Shown here in pieces: positions 29,420-39,162 of a DNA stretch of 64,000 bases. The stretch's first letter is position 1; each line of letters starts with the position of its first letter. The position numbers and the translations under genes are program-made. Under the pieces are notes generated by a model that saw only the letters and a program-made list of their open reading frames with translations, made no database searches and had not been told where the DNA came from. The stretch is from Candidatus Woesearchaeota archaeon (GTDB taxonomy: Archaea > Nanobdellota > Nanobdellia > Woesearchaeales > JAZDKJ01). The DNA lies in assembly GCA_043803105.1 (NCBI GenBank), contig JAZDKJ010000005.1, forward strand, positions 1 to 64,000, in the 5' to 3' direction.

Positions 29420-30304
29420 AACTACACGGCTCTCCTTTTTCTCATCCTTTATGGATAAGCCTGATTCTTTAGCAATCAATTCTGCAAACTGCTTAACCTC
29501 AGAATGCAATGGCATGTTCGCCATTGACAACCTTTGCCTTGAAGAGCCCACAAACATATAACCCTTGACCTCGACAAAGTCAGGGTCTGCACGGGCAATA
29601 ATTTTTGCATAATCCTCTGGAGCAAGCATGTTCAAGCCCTTGATCATGGTCAGGCGAAGAACTGTCTTAGTATTTTTCTTTAGAGACTTTAAGATAGTCA
29701 GGCTTTTTTGCTGACGAGTCCAAGCATCCTTATAAGCAGAGCGCACAATCTTCTTGTAGAGGCTTTGGTTAGGAGCCTCGATAGAAATGTAAAGCTGGGT
29801 CGGAGGCTCGATCTTTGCCAACCTTGCCGGGAGAAGGCCATTAGTAACGAGAAAAGTGGTCTTTTTCATGGAATGAAGAATCTTTATGAGCTCGTTCAAC
29901 TTGGGATAAATGGTCGGCTCGCCTGAAAGCGAAATGGCATAGTGCTTTGGAAACTGAGCTTCCTTGAACTTTGATTTGTTCACATCAGGGTCGCCGCCAA
30001 AGCCTGACAAGAGTTTTCTTTGCGCGATGACAGAATTCTCTACAATCTTTTGAGGGTCGTCAGGAGTATTCATCCTGATCCCTGAGACAAGGTCTATCTC
30101 CCTCCAGCAATAGACACACTTGTTCTGGCAGAAACCAATGCTAGGGCTTATCTGGCAGCACAGATGGCTCTGGATTCCATAAAACTGCTGCTTGTAACAG
30201 AAGCCATTGTCCTTCAAAGACTTTTTTGTCCAGGTGCATAGCTTCACAGCACTATGATCGCCTACAAAAGCATAACCCTGGTTTTGCAACAAATCCCTGA
30301 GCAT
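29408..30304 (-). CDS. taw1: 4-demethylwyosine synthase (radical SAM, tRNA modification)
   Basis: HSAVKLCTWTK, CYKQQFYGI.SH, CQNKCVYC, AISLSGEPT.YP, EVKGYM..G.SR.RL. Confidence 0.92.
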   Translation of the reverse strand: MLRDLLQNQGYAFVGDHSAVKLCTWTKKSLKDNGFCYKQQFYGIQSHLCCQISPSIGFCQNKCVYCWREIDLVSGIRMNTPDDPQKIVENSVIAQRKLLSGFGGDPDVNKSKFKEAQFPKHYAISLSGEPTIYPKLNELIKILHSMKKTTFLVTNGLLPARLAKIEPPTQLYISIEAPNQSLYKKIVRSAYKDAWTRQQKSLTILKSLKKNTKTVLRLTMIKGLNMLAPEDYAKIIARADPDFVEVKGYMFVGSSRQRLSMANMPLHSEVKQFAELIAKESGLSIKDEKKESRVVLLS

Positions 30305-30356
30305 AGCAAGAGAGCAAATACAAAACTATATAAAGTTTCAGGCCTGAATAGATAAG

Positions 30357-30878
30357 ATGATCGAGACATACAAAACACTTGAAGGGAGCAAAGAGTTCAA
30401 AGGCTGGAAGGCCAAGCACAAACAATGGTTCCTGTCCCACATTTTCACGCTGGATGAAGGAGAATCACAAATAGGGTTTGCTGACCTAAAAGGAGAGAAA
30501 ATAACAACATTTCTGGTAAAGGGAGGCAAGACAACAATAGAGCAGACAGACGAGATATTCAAAGAGCCAGAAAAAAAACTTCTTGAGTTGGACCTAGACA
30601 AAGTTAAGATTAGCCAGAAAAAAGCGCTCGAGAATGCAAGCGAGCTGCAACAAAAAGAGCATTCGAAGCACTCTGTAATCAAGAAGATAATCATACTCCA
30701 AAACCTTGAGATAGGGCAGGTATACAACATAACCTTTGTGACAAACACATTTCACACGCTCAACATAAAGGTGGATGCCCAAAGCGGAGAAATAGTGGAA
30801 GAGAAACTGAGCTCAATCTTTGACATGGCACAGGAGCAAAGCAAAAAAGACAAAGAAAAGGTGGATTACATAGGGTAA
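30357..30878 (+). CDS. Hypothetical protein (PepSY-like C-terminus)
   Basis: YNITF...NIKVDAQSGEI. Confidence 0.6.
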   Translation: MIETYKTLEGSKEFKGWKAKHKQWFLSHIFTLDEGESQIGFADLKGEKITTFLVKGGKTTIEQTDEIFKEPEKKLLELDLDKVKISQKKALENASELQQKEHSKHSVIKKIIILQNLEIGQVYNITFVTNTFHTLNIKVDAQSGEIVEEKLSSIFDMAQEQSKKDKEKVDYIG

Positions 30879-30914
30879 ACTATATATTACATGATATATT
30901 TTTTGAAATATATC

Positions 30915-31793
30915 CTAAGAACTATATTTCTGGATAAAACTTGCAACTATCTCTGAGACCTTGACTAGATTGTCCAAAGACAGATTGGACGGAATATCGT
31001 TGTTGGTGTGGATAACCTTGGCAAAATTTGGCAGCCATAGAAAACCACCATCATAGCGAAGACCAATATTGTGGAAACTACCTATGCTCACAACCGGAAG
31101 GTTATAGCGAGCAAATGACAATGCATCGTTACCAGAGTCAACAACATAAGCCTTGACAAGGTTGTGGCCAAAGGCCTCTGCAACTGAAATCAATCTGTTG
31201 ACGATGCCTTCATCGCAATACGTAAACTCCTTGAATTTGGATCGATCATTGCTATGGGTTTGGCAGAAAGCTTTTGAAACACATATATCTGAATTAGAGC
31301 CAATACTGTCAATGCAAATCACATATTTGGGCTTGGGAGGCTTGCAGGAAAGGATATTTGCAAAACGCTCTGAGCCACCAAGACTATGCTCTTCGAGGTC
31401 AGTGCTTACAAAGAGAAGTCCAAGGTCTTTGTCCTTGAAGAATTCTGCCAACTGCAACAGCACAGCAAGGCCTGAGGCGTTATCATCAGCACCCTTGCCT
31501 GCACGGTAGTCATGATGGGCAACAAGCAAAATTTCAGGTTTTTTTGATTTTGAAAAATAACCGTTCTGGCTACGGAAACCCAAAAACGGCACTCCCTCAA
31601 AGGTAGTCTGATAACCGAGGTCAGCAAACCTTTTGGCAACAAGATGCAATCTTGCACTTGAAGCATTAACATAATCCCTGAATTGCACAATACTGCATTT
31701 TGTTATATCATATATCTCACTGTCCAGGAAAGGCGAAACATTACAAATATCATTAAGGTGAGCCTCTAAAGTGCTTGCGCTAATATTTGGCAT
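30915..31793 (-). CDS. M28 family metallopeptidase
   Basis: AHHD, GADDNASG, EE..LGGS, ID.IG, HT..D. Confidence 0.85.
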   Translation of the reverse strand: MPNISASTLEAHLNDICNVSPFLDSEIYDITKCSIVQFRDYVNASSARLHLVAKRFADLGYQTTFEGVPFLGFRSQNGYFSKSKKPEILLVAHHDYRAGKGADDNASGLAVLLQLAEFFKDKDLGLLFVSTDLEEHSLGGSERFANILSCKPPKPKYVICIDSIGSNSDICVSKAFCQTHSNDRSKFKEFTYCDEGIVNRLISVAEAFGHNLVKAYVVDSGNDALSFARYNLPVVSIGSFHNIGLRYDGGFLWLPNFAKVIHTNNDIPSNLSLDNLVKVSEIVASFIQKYSS

Positions 31794-31826
31794 GGACAGA
31801 GCTAGTCAGCAGTCGCTTTAAAAAGC

Positions 31827-32459
31827 TTACCTGCGCCTTGCAAATAAGACATAGGAATAGATAGCAGGAATTAAGGCAGCCAAGACAACAGCAGCAACAA
31901 AAATATAGAAAGTGTAAGTGGGCAAAAAAAGGCTGATAAGAGAAACAAAGGCAGCAATCATGAAAAGTATTGAGGCAAGCGTGTGTGTCTTTTTCCAGAC
32001 ATAATCGCTGGAAAGTGTCCAAGGGGTTCGAATGCCCACAAACCAATTTCGCCTTGACTTGCGCATAATAAAACCCATGATTAAGAAAAGGACAGCAAAA
32101 GCAGGAACAATAAGTGCATTCATGTTGTAAGTAATGCCAAGATTCCAAACAATAGTAAGAACATAAACATATAGGAGGAACAAGATTATGACAAGGACTA
32201 AAAGGTCATAATAGGCCAAGAACTTCTTAATATTTTTTTTCAAGGGATCAATCAAAGGAATCACAAGGAAAAGTATCCACAATCCGGTAATAAGGAAAGG
32301 AAGCCCAAAAAGGCCCCAAAACCTGGGAAGATGGCCATTAACCTGGCCTTGAGAGTTCCAGTGAGATGCAATCATAGCAGGCATCGAGGGATAAAAGTAA
32401 ATTGCCAAACCATAAGAGACAAGCACAAAGAACAACAGAAGCCACAAGGTTTTCCTCAT
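31827..32459 (-). CDS. SdpI family/DUF1648 membrane protein
   Basis: ASHWN..GQVNG, NWFVGIRTPWTLSS..VW.KTH. Confidence 0.88.
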   Translation of the reverse strand: MRKTLWLLLFFVLVSYGLAIYFYPSMPAMIASHWNSQGQVNGHLPRFWGLFGLPFLITGLWILFLVIPLIDPLKKNIKKFLAYYDLLVLVIILFLLYVYVLTIVWNLGITYNMNALIVPAFAVLFLIMGFIMRKSRRNWFVGIRTPWTLSSDYVWKKTHTLASILFMIAAFVSLISLFLPTYTFYIFVAAVVLAALIPAIYSYVLFARRR

Positions 32460-32600
32460 AACAACTACCAAGCAAACTGATTATATTAATGTTTGCACAC
32501 ATCAGGTAAAATAGTTCACTTCCAAAAAAGAACAACACTTCTTCTGGAAAAATTTTCTTGGCAAGCTAAAAAACAATAATTCGAGGATTATACAAGTCCT

Positions 32601-32655
32601 GTTTCATTTGGAAGAGATGCGTTTCCTTTGGAAATACGATTTCTTCCAATGGAAG
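32601..32655. promoter_or_regulatory. Three tandem palindromic TTC(C/A)nnnGGAA boxes upstream of the nrdD operon
   Basis: TTCATTTGGAA at 32603, TTCCTTTGGAA at 32623, TTCCAATGGAA at 32644; spacing 20-21 bp. A weaker copy lies at 32539. Confidence 0.5.
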
Positions 32656-32815
32656 ACCTTGGTGAAATCGACCAAATAAAAGTCCTTAAACAAAAGAAAG
32701 CAAGAAGAAAGCAGTTCTCCATCTACCCTCATGTTTGTTGCAGAATATATTTTGAAAGTTGATATTACTTAAATATGAGTGAGTACAAAAGAAGAGGTTG
32801 CTTTTTTTAGGTGAT

Positions 32816-35110
32816 ATGGTGTCCACAGCAGAAGTAATAAAGGCAAATGGCAAGCGTGAACCTTTTTCTGAAGAAAAGCTAAGCTTTGCACTGGCAAGGG
32901 CTGATGTGCCGAAAAAAGATATAGACAGGATTGTAGCAGAAATAACACAGAAGGTGTACAATCTTATTCCAACAAGCCAGCTCAGAAAGTGGGTAATTGA
33001 TGAACTCGATAAGATAGACCCAAAATACAGCCATGGGTTCAAGTATAAGAAAAAAGAAGTCCATGTAGTAGGCGGTTTTGGGATATCACAGCTAAAAGAC
33101 GTCTATGAGACGTTCCAGAAGCAAAAAATCGTTGATTCTCTAATCAGGGAAACAGGCATGCCACAAGAGGTTGCGGAGGAAATAGCAAACGAAGCAGAGC
33201 ATTTCCTAATCGAGACAGACATACGAAACATCTCAGGATCGATGATCAGAGAGATAGTCAACTACATACTGATCTCAAGAAACCTGGAAAAGTATTATGC
33301 AGACTATACGAAGATCGGCATGCCTGTTTTTGAAATAACCAGACTGATGAGCAGAGCAAGCCATGACAACGCAAACCAGCAGTACAACCCGGAAACAGTG
33401 CACAAGCTAATCGCTGACACAATATCCAGGAGCTACTCACTCACAAAAGACCTGCCACAAAGGCTAAGGGACGCTCATATACATGGGGAGCTGCACATAC
33501 ATGACCTGGACTATTTTTCAACAAGACCTTTCTGCTTCTCTTATGACCTGAGGTTCTTCCTCCAGCATGGGCTAAAACCAGACGGAACTGGAGTACACGC
33601 TGCAATGGCTGGGCCGGCGCAAAGCGCATCAGTTGCAATACTTCATGCAGCAAAGATTTTGGCATGCGGCCAAGTCAATTGCGCAGGAGGCCAAGGATTC
33701 AACTGGTTCAATGTGATACTTGCTCCGTACCTGAGAGGGCTTGACTACAAGCAGATAAAGCAGATGGCGCAGATGTTCATATACGAAATGAGCATGATGT
33801 ATGTTTCGCGCGGAGGGCAGGTTGTATTTTCAAGCATAGACATAGAACCAGGAATACCGAAAACACTCGCAAACGTTCCAGCAGTGCAGCCAGGAGGAAA
33901 GGTAAGCGAGAGAGTAACTTACTCTGATTACCATGACGAAGCAAACAAGTTCTTCAGGGCAATCACAGAGGTGTACAACAAAGGAGACTTTAATGGCAAG
34001 CCTTTCAGCTTCCCAAAATATGAGCTAAAGGTCTCAAAGGAAGACTTCAGCAAATACCCTGAAGAGATGAGGCTTGTAAGCGAGCTAGCTGCAAAGAACG
34101 GCGCACCATACTATTTTGTGCAGCAAGACTATCTGCCAGAATACAGCTGCTACCAGTGCTGCGCATACCTGATGCCATTATCAGAACAGAACACAGACGA
34201 TGATGTTTTCAACGGGACAGTAAGGGGCGGAGGGCTTCAGGTGGTGACAATTAACCTGCCGCAAATAGCTTATGAGGCAAAGGGAAATGATGACAAATTA
34301 TTCACACTCCTCAGAGACCGCATGGACAAAGCAAAAGAAGTGATGCACATTAAACAGGAGATAATTCGAAGAAGAATGGAGCAAGGCCTGCTGCCATTCC
34401 TATCACAGCCTATAGACAACAAAGGCACCCCCTATCTACTAGTGGACAAACAGGGGCTGGAAATAGGAATGGTAGGCCTTAATGAAATGCTTAAGGCGCA
34501 CATAGGGAAGGAACTGCACGAAAGCAAAGAGGCATGGAGCTATGGGCTAAAAGTCATACAGAGAATGAAAGAAATCGCAGCAGAATACAAGAAAGAGACA
34601 GGATACCTTTTCGGAATATCAAGGACTCCGGCAGAGACAGCAGCATACAGGCTTGCAAAGATAGACATGAAAAAATACCCTAATGCTGTAGTGCAGGGAG
34701 ACAAGACAACAGAGGCTGTATATTACACAAACTCGACACACATAAGACCTAGCGCAAACGTTGCACTAGGTGAAAGGATAAAGACAGAGGGAAGCTTTCA
34801 TCCATTGCTTGACGCCGGCGCGATGAGCCATGTGTGGCTCGGAGAAGGAGCACCTGACCCAGAATCTATTACAAAACTTACTGAAAGAATAGCCAGGAAC
34901 ACACTTACAAGCTACTTCGCTTACACAAGAGACCTCACGATATGCAACAACTGCTTATTCACTGTCGCAGGGGTGCTGCACACATGCCCGAAGTGCAAGA
35001 GCAAAAACATAGACTGGCTATCAAGAATCACAGGATATTACCAAAGAGTAAGCACTTGGAACAAGGGAAAAAGACAGGAATTCCTTGATAGGCAGAGGTA
35101 CACCTTATGA
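32816..35110 (+). CDS. nrdD: Anaerobic (class III) ribonucleotide reductase, copy A, two ATP-cone-like domains
   Basis: HIHDLDY, GGQG, YQCC finger loop, TINLP, TPAE, YYTNS, CxxC...CxxC, glycyl-radical loop RITGY; RBS AGGTGA. Confidence 0.93.
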   Translation: MVSTAEVIKANGKREPFSEEKLSFALARADVPKKDIDRIVAEITQKVYNLIPTSQLRKWVIDELDKIDPKYSHGFKYKKKEVHVVGGFGISQLKDVYETFQKQKIVDSLIRETGMPQEVAEEIANEAEHFLIETDIRNISGSMIREIVNYILISRNLEKYYADYTKIGMPVFEITRLMSRASHDNANQQYNPETVHKLIADTISRSYSLTKDLPQRLRDAHIHGELHIHDLDYFSTRPFCFSYDLRFFLQHGLKPDGTGVHAAMAGPAQSASVAILHAAKILACGQVNCAGGQGFNWFNVILAPYLRGLDYKQIKQMAQMFIYEMSMMYVSRGGQVVFSSIDIEPGIPKTLANVPAVQPGGKVSERVTYSDYHDEANKFFRAITEVYNKGDFNGKPFSFPKYELKVSKEDFSKYPEEMRLVSELAAKNGAPYYFVQQDYLPEYSCYQCCAYLMPLSEQNTDDDVFNGTVRGGGLQVVTINLPQIAYEAKGNDDKLFTLLRDRMDKAKEVMHIKQEIIRRRMEQGLLPFLSQPIDNKGTPYLLVDKQGLEIGMVGLNEMLKAHIGKELHESKEAWSYGLKVIQRMKEIAAEYKKETGYLFGISRTPAETAAYRLAKIDMKKYPNAVVQGDKTTEAVYYTNSTHIRPSANVALGERIKTEGSFHPLLDAGAMSHVWLGEGAPDPESITKLTERIARNTLTSYFAYTRDLTICNNCLFTVAGVLHTCPKCKSKNIDWLSRITGYYQRVSTWNKGKRQEFLDRQRYTL

Positions 35111-36756
35111 ATCTCAAGCTGATCGAAGAAGAGCAGAGCTCTGACGGAAGAAAGGGATGGCCATGCGCAGTACATGACAGGATAGCCTACCCTAAAGAGA
35201 AAAAAGCGAGCGAAGCAAACGTTACTGTAACATTCCTATGGACAATGAGAGACGAGGTGCTGCCAAAACTAGAGAAAAAAAACCTAGCGCTTGCAAGCAA
35301 CTTCTACACGCCAGCCGGCCTTGTAGGCATGGTAAGGAACATACTTGGCAACCCATACATAAGGTATATAATATTGTTGGGTGAAGAATATGCATCGAGA
35401 GCAGCTGACGACCAGAAAACAGAATTGACATCAGCAAACGCGTTACGGGCATTCTTTGAGAAAGGGATTGACAAGGACAGAAGAATAGCGGGCTTTGAGA
35501 ACTCAGTGCACTTTGACAAGAACATACTTACAGAGATGATAGAACTAGTGAGAAAGAATGTGGCGCTGATCGACCTGAACAAGAAAATGCCCAAGGCAAG
35601 CTTGCTCGAGAAAATAAGCGAAGCAAACAGGTTGATAACCAGCCTTGAGAAAAAACCAGCTTTCATGGAAAAACCGGCTGTGTTTGAATATGAGAAAACA
35701 ACAGAGGCAATGCCTTACGAGGGAGGCCCAATAATCATACATGGCAATAAGATACCAGAAACATGGGTTGAGGTAATACACAATATATATAGGTACGGAA
35801 GGCCAAACCTGATGAACGCAAACACAGACAGGTGGGTAAAGGAAATCAACAATCTGGTGGCAATAATTCATGAACCACAAAGCATTGACTTAGCCCTGAA
35901 CCCGTTCCTTGTGCCGATGACAATGGAGAAAATCGAGGCGTACAAAAAGGAGGTATTATCACCAATACTTCCTGCAGGAAAGGCATACACCTACGGAAAC
36001 AAGCTAAGGGCATACACATGCCTAGGCCAAGACGTGAAGAGACTAAGGAATGCCACAGAATACAAGGACTTTGAGTTCGGGCAAGGGCCACATGTAGACG
36101 CAAATGTGAACTACATAGGAGAGATATGCGAGGTAGACCAGATAGCTGACATAGTAGAAGTGCTTAAAAGAGACCCTTACTCAAAGGCATGCGTAGCAAT
36201 CACATGGCATGTGCAGGACGAACTTATGAGAAAACACAAGAGCAGCCCGTGCCTTGCGATAATGCAGGCACTGGTGCAAGACGAAAGACTACAGCTAATG
36301 GTCTTTTTCAGGAGCCATGACATGGTACAGGGATGGCCAGAGAACGCTTACGGCTGCGCAGCAATACAAAAATTCATAGCAGACGGCATAGGAATTGAGA
36401 CTGGCTTACTCACAATAATATCAGGAAGCGCACACGTGTATGCACACTACTATGCGCAGGTAGAAGAGATGCTCAAGAAGCACAGAAGGCTTACGGTTGA
36501 CTACAAGGACCCAAGGGGAGACTACACGATAGATGTGAAAAACAAAAAAATAATTGCCACACTAGTTGATGCAAACAACGGGAAAGAGCTCGAAAGATTT
36601 GAGTCGGCAACAGCGCTCGAGTGCGCAAGAAAAATAACAGCAGCAAACAACTTCAACGCACAGCACGCAGCATACCTAGGGATAGAACTATCAAGAGCAG
36701 AACAAAGCATAAGAAACAACATTGCCTACAGGCAGGACGCAGAAGATGAAAGCTGA
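35107..36756 (+). CDS. thyA: Thymidylate synthase fused to an N-terminal MtrA-like and a C-terminal DUF4346-like domain
   Basis: YTYG.(K/R)L, SPCL, FRSHD...GWPEN, SAHVY; N-terminal LWT...RNILGNPYIRYIILLG; C-terminal DPRGDY...AYLGIELSRAE...YRQD. Confidence 0.8.
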   Translation: MNLKLIEEEQSSDGRKGWPCAVHDRIAYPKEKKASEANVTVTFLWTMRDEVLPKLEKKNLALASNFYTPAGLVGMVRNILGNPYIRYIILLGEEYASRAADDQKTELTSANALRAFFEKGIDKDRRIAGFENSVHFDKNILTEMIELVRKNVALIDLNKKMPKASLLEKISEANRLITSLEKKPAFMEKPAVFEYEKTTEAMPYEGGPIIIHGNKIPETWVEVIHNIYRYGRPNLMNANTDRWVKEINNLVAIIHEPQSIDLALNPFLVPMTMEKIEAYKKEVLSPILPAGKAYTYGNKLRAYTCLGQDVKRLRNATEYKDFEFGQGPHVDANVNYIGEICEVDQIADIVEVLKRDPYSKACVAITWHVQDELMRKHKSSPCLAIMQALVQDERLQLMVFFRSHDMVQGWPENAYGCAAIQKFIADGIGIETGLLTIISGSAHVYAHYYAQVEEMLKKHRRLTVDYKDPRGDYTIDVKNKKIIATLVDANNGKELERFESATALECARKITAANNFNAQHAAYLGIELSRAEQSIRNNIAYRQDAEDES

Positions 36757-38812
36757 GAACGGAAAAACACTACTAACAGCATTCGGTGACATAGGAGAGC
36801 TATCACAAGAGAAGATAGAGGGATCACTGCTGAAAGAGACATCAATAGGACAGGAAAAGGCGCATGCAATAGCACAAGAGTCGTACGAAGAACTCGTAAA
36901 AATGAAAGTGCCAAAAACAACAAACCTTGTAAGAGAGGTAGTGTGCATAAAACTCCTTGAAAACGGGCTGGAAAAAGAAAACAAGGAATATGCAAGACTG
37001 GGCATGCCTGTGTATGACATAAAGAAGACCATATTCGTGAAAGACAAGGAGAACGCAAACACAAATTATAACCTTGACTCAATCCACAAGAAACTGGCTG
37101 ACTCTATATCAAGCCAATACACTCTGTTCTATTTATTACCGCCTGAAGTAAGCAAGGCGCACATGACAGGACAACTGCACATACACGACCTTGATTATTT
37201 CCCGACAAGGCCGTTCTGCTTCGAGCATGACATACGATTCTTCCTAAAAGAGGGATTCATGTCAGACGGGAAAGGCGTACACACCGCTGTTTCCGGGCCT
37301 GCAAAGTCGCTTGCGGTTGCATTGATACATGCAGCAAGAATATTGATACTGAGCTCAACATACTTCTCAGGAGGCCAGGGGTATGATTCGCTGAATGTTT
37401 TCCTCGCGCCTTATGCAAAAGGCCTCAGCTTTGATGAGCTCAAACAGGCAATACAAGCATTTGTATTTGAACTGGACCAGTTGGATGTAGTGAAGGGAGG
37501 GCAGACACCATTTACCTCGGCATCACTTGAGTTCAACATACCAAAATACCTGAAGGACATCCCTGTAGTACTGCCAGGGGGAAAACAGACAGAAAAAGAA
37601 AGCTATTTTGATTACCAAGACGAATCAAGAAGGCTAATTGATGCATTCACAGAAGTGATGATGAGGGGAGATTATGCAGGCAAGAGCTTCCACTTCCCAA
37701 AACCAGAATACAAAATCAGAAACGAGACACTGAAAGACCCAAGCGCAGAAGACACTCTGGCGAAAGTGCACAAATTGGTGGCAAAATACGGAACACCCTA
37801 CTTCCTGAACATGGCTGCACCGTACATGCCTGAGGCATTGCAGAGCCAGTGCTGCAGGTACTTCCTAAGACCTGACGGAGACTTCTGGGATGACATCAAG
37901 ACAGGAACGGTTCGAGGCGGAAGCATACAATCAGTAACAATAAACCTGCCGAATGTGGCATACCAGGCAGGAGACGAGTCAAGGATATATGAAGTGATAG
38001 ACCAGAGGCTTGCATTATGCAAGAAAGTGTTTGATGTTAAAAGAACCTGCATCAAACAGGTAATGGAATCGGGAAACGCATCATTCCTGACAATGGACTG
38101 CTATGGAAAACCATACTACAAGCTTGACAAGTCAACAAACTCTGTCGGATTTATCGGGCTAAACGAGATGGTAAAATCCCTGACAGGCGAGGAACTGCAC
38201 GAAACAGACTCTGCGTGGAAACTGGGATTAAAGATAATAAAATACCTTTCAGACAAGATAGATGAATACAAGGAAACCACGGGAGAGAGATGGGGAACAG
38301 TGCAGACTCCAGCAGAGTCGGCAGCATACAGGCTGGCAACACTTGACCTAAAAAATTTTGGGAGCAAGGCAACAGTGTGCGGGAATGTAAAGGAAGGCGA
38401 TGTATACTACACAAACTCGAGCCATGTAAACTATGGGGCAAACATACCCTTGTTCACAAGGCTAAAAATCGACTCAAGCTTCCATCCACTGGTTCAAGGC
38501 GGGGCAATATCGCACATATGGCTTGGAGAAGCAGACCCAGACCCTGGAGCATTGCTAAAGCTCACCAAGAGAATATGCACGCAAACACTGACAAGCTATT
38601 TTGCGTACACCAAGGACACAACATACTGCCACAGTTGCAAAAGAACATTTGGCGGAGTGTTTGAAAAATGCCCGAACTGCAAAGCAAGCGGAGACACAAT
38701 ATCATGGTATTCAAGGGTCACAGGATACATAACGCCGGTAAAGAGCTGGAACAAGGGAAAACTGCAGGAATTCCTTGACAGGAAAAAGTATGATATAGGA
38801 AAGGTGAGCTAG
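36746..38812 (+). CDS. nrdD: Anaerobic (class III) ribonucleotide reductase, copy B
   Basis: HIHDLDY, SGGQG, SQCCR, TINLP, TPAE, YYTNS, CxxC...CxxC, RVTGY. Confidence 0.93.
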   Translation: MKAENGKTLLTAFGDIGELSQEKIEGSLLKETSIGQEKAHAIAQESYEELVKMKVPKTTNLVREVVCIKLLENGLEKENKEYARLGMPVYDIKKTIFVKDKENANTNYNLDSIHKKLADSISSQYTLFYLLPPEVSKAHMTGQLHIHDLDYFPTRPFCFEHDIRFFLKEGFMSDGKGVHTAVSGPAKSLAVALIHAARILILSSTYFSGGQGYDSLNVFLAPYAKGLSFDELKQAIQAFVFELDQLDVVKGGQTPFTSASLEFNIPKYLKDIPVVLPGGKQTEKESYFDYQDESRRLIDAFTEVMMRGDYAGKSFHFPKPEYKIRNETLKDPSAEDTLAKVHKLVAKYGTPYFLNMAAPYMPEALQSQCCRYFLRPDGDFWDDIKTGTVRGGSIQSVTINLPNVAYQAGDESRIYEVIDQRLALCKKVFDVKRTCIKQVMESGNASFLTMDCYGKPYYKLDKSTNSVGFIGLNEMVKSLTGEELHETDSAWKLGLKIIKYLSDKIDEYKETTGERWGTVQTPAESAAYRLATLDLKNFGSKATVCGNVKEGDVYYTNSSHVNYGANIPLFTRLKIDSSFHPLVQGGAISHIWLGEADPDPGALLKLTKRICTQTLTSYFAYTKDTTYCHSCKRTFGGVFEKCPNCKASGDTISWYSRVTGYITPVKSWNKGKLQEFLDRKKYDIGKVS

Positions 38813-39061
38813 GTGAAACTGATAGTATACTATGGAAAGAGCTGCCCAAAATGCCCGGCAGCAAAAAAAGTGGCAAAAGAGGCAGCTGCAGAAAAAAAGC
38901 TTGAATATGAAGAAAGGGACATAGAGCAGAACATGATAGAGGCATTGCAGCTTCAGATAGCGTCAACACCGAGCATAGTGCTGGACAACGAAGTGCTGTT
39001 CAGGAGCGAGGCTCCAAGCAAGCAGGAACTTTTGGCTGAGATAGAAAAGAGGTGCGATTAA
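38813..39061 (+). CDS. Thioredoxin/glutaredoxin-like redoxin (NrdH-like)
   Basis: CPKC, cis-Pro motif STPS; abuts nrdD copy B. Confidence 0.88.
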   Translation: MKLIVYYGKSCPKCPAAKKVAKEAAAEKKLEYEERDIEQNMIEALQLQIASTPSIVLDNEVLFRSEAPSKQELLAEIEKRCD

Positions 39062-39135
39062 TGACAGTAAGCTACAAGACAATACGAGAGAACAAGACGC
39101 TCACAGAATTTGTGGAGGAGGAAGAAGAATCTTAA
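39061..39135 (+). CDS. Putative 24-aa peptide MTVSYKTIRENKTLTEFVEEEEES
   Basis: RBS GAGGTG about 6 nt upstream; TAATG stop/start overlap; fills the operon gap. Confidence 0.5.
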   Translation: MTVSYKTIRENKTLTEFVEEEEES

Positions 39136-39162
39136 GGTGAAGTAGATTGAGCGGGGTGCTAA

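Noticed and set aside
32472-32815. Replication origin
   Set aside because: No cdc6 gene, no G-string and no apparent change in strand bias; kept only as a regulatory candidate.
35107-36756. Phage-type dCMP hydroxymethylase or DNA hypermodification system
   Set aside because: The specificity residue is Asn (dUMP type), and no glycosyltransferase, kinase or phage genes are adjacent.
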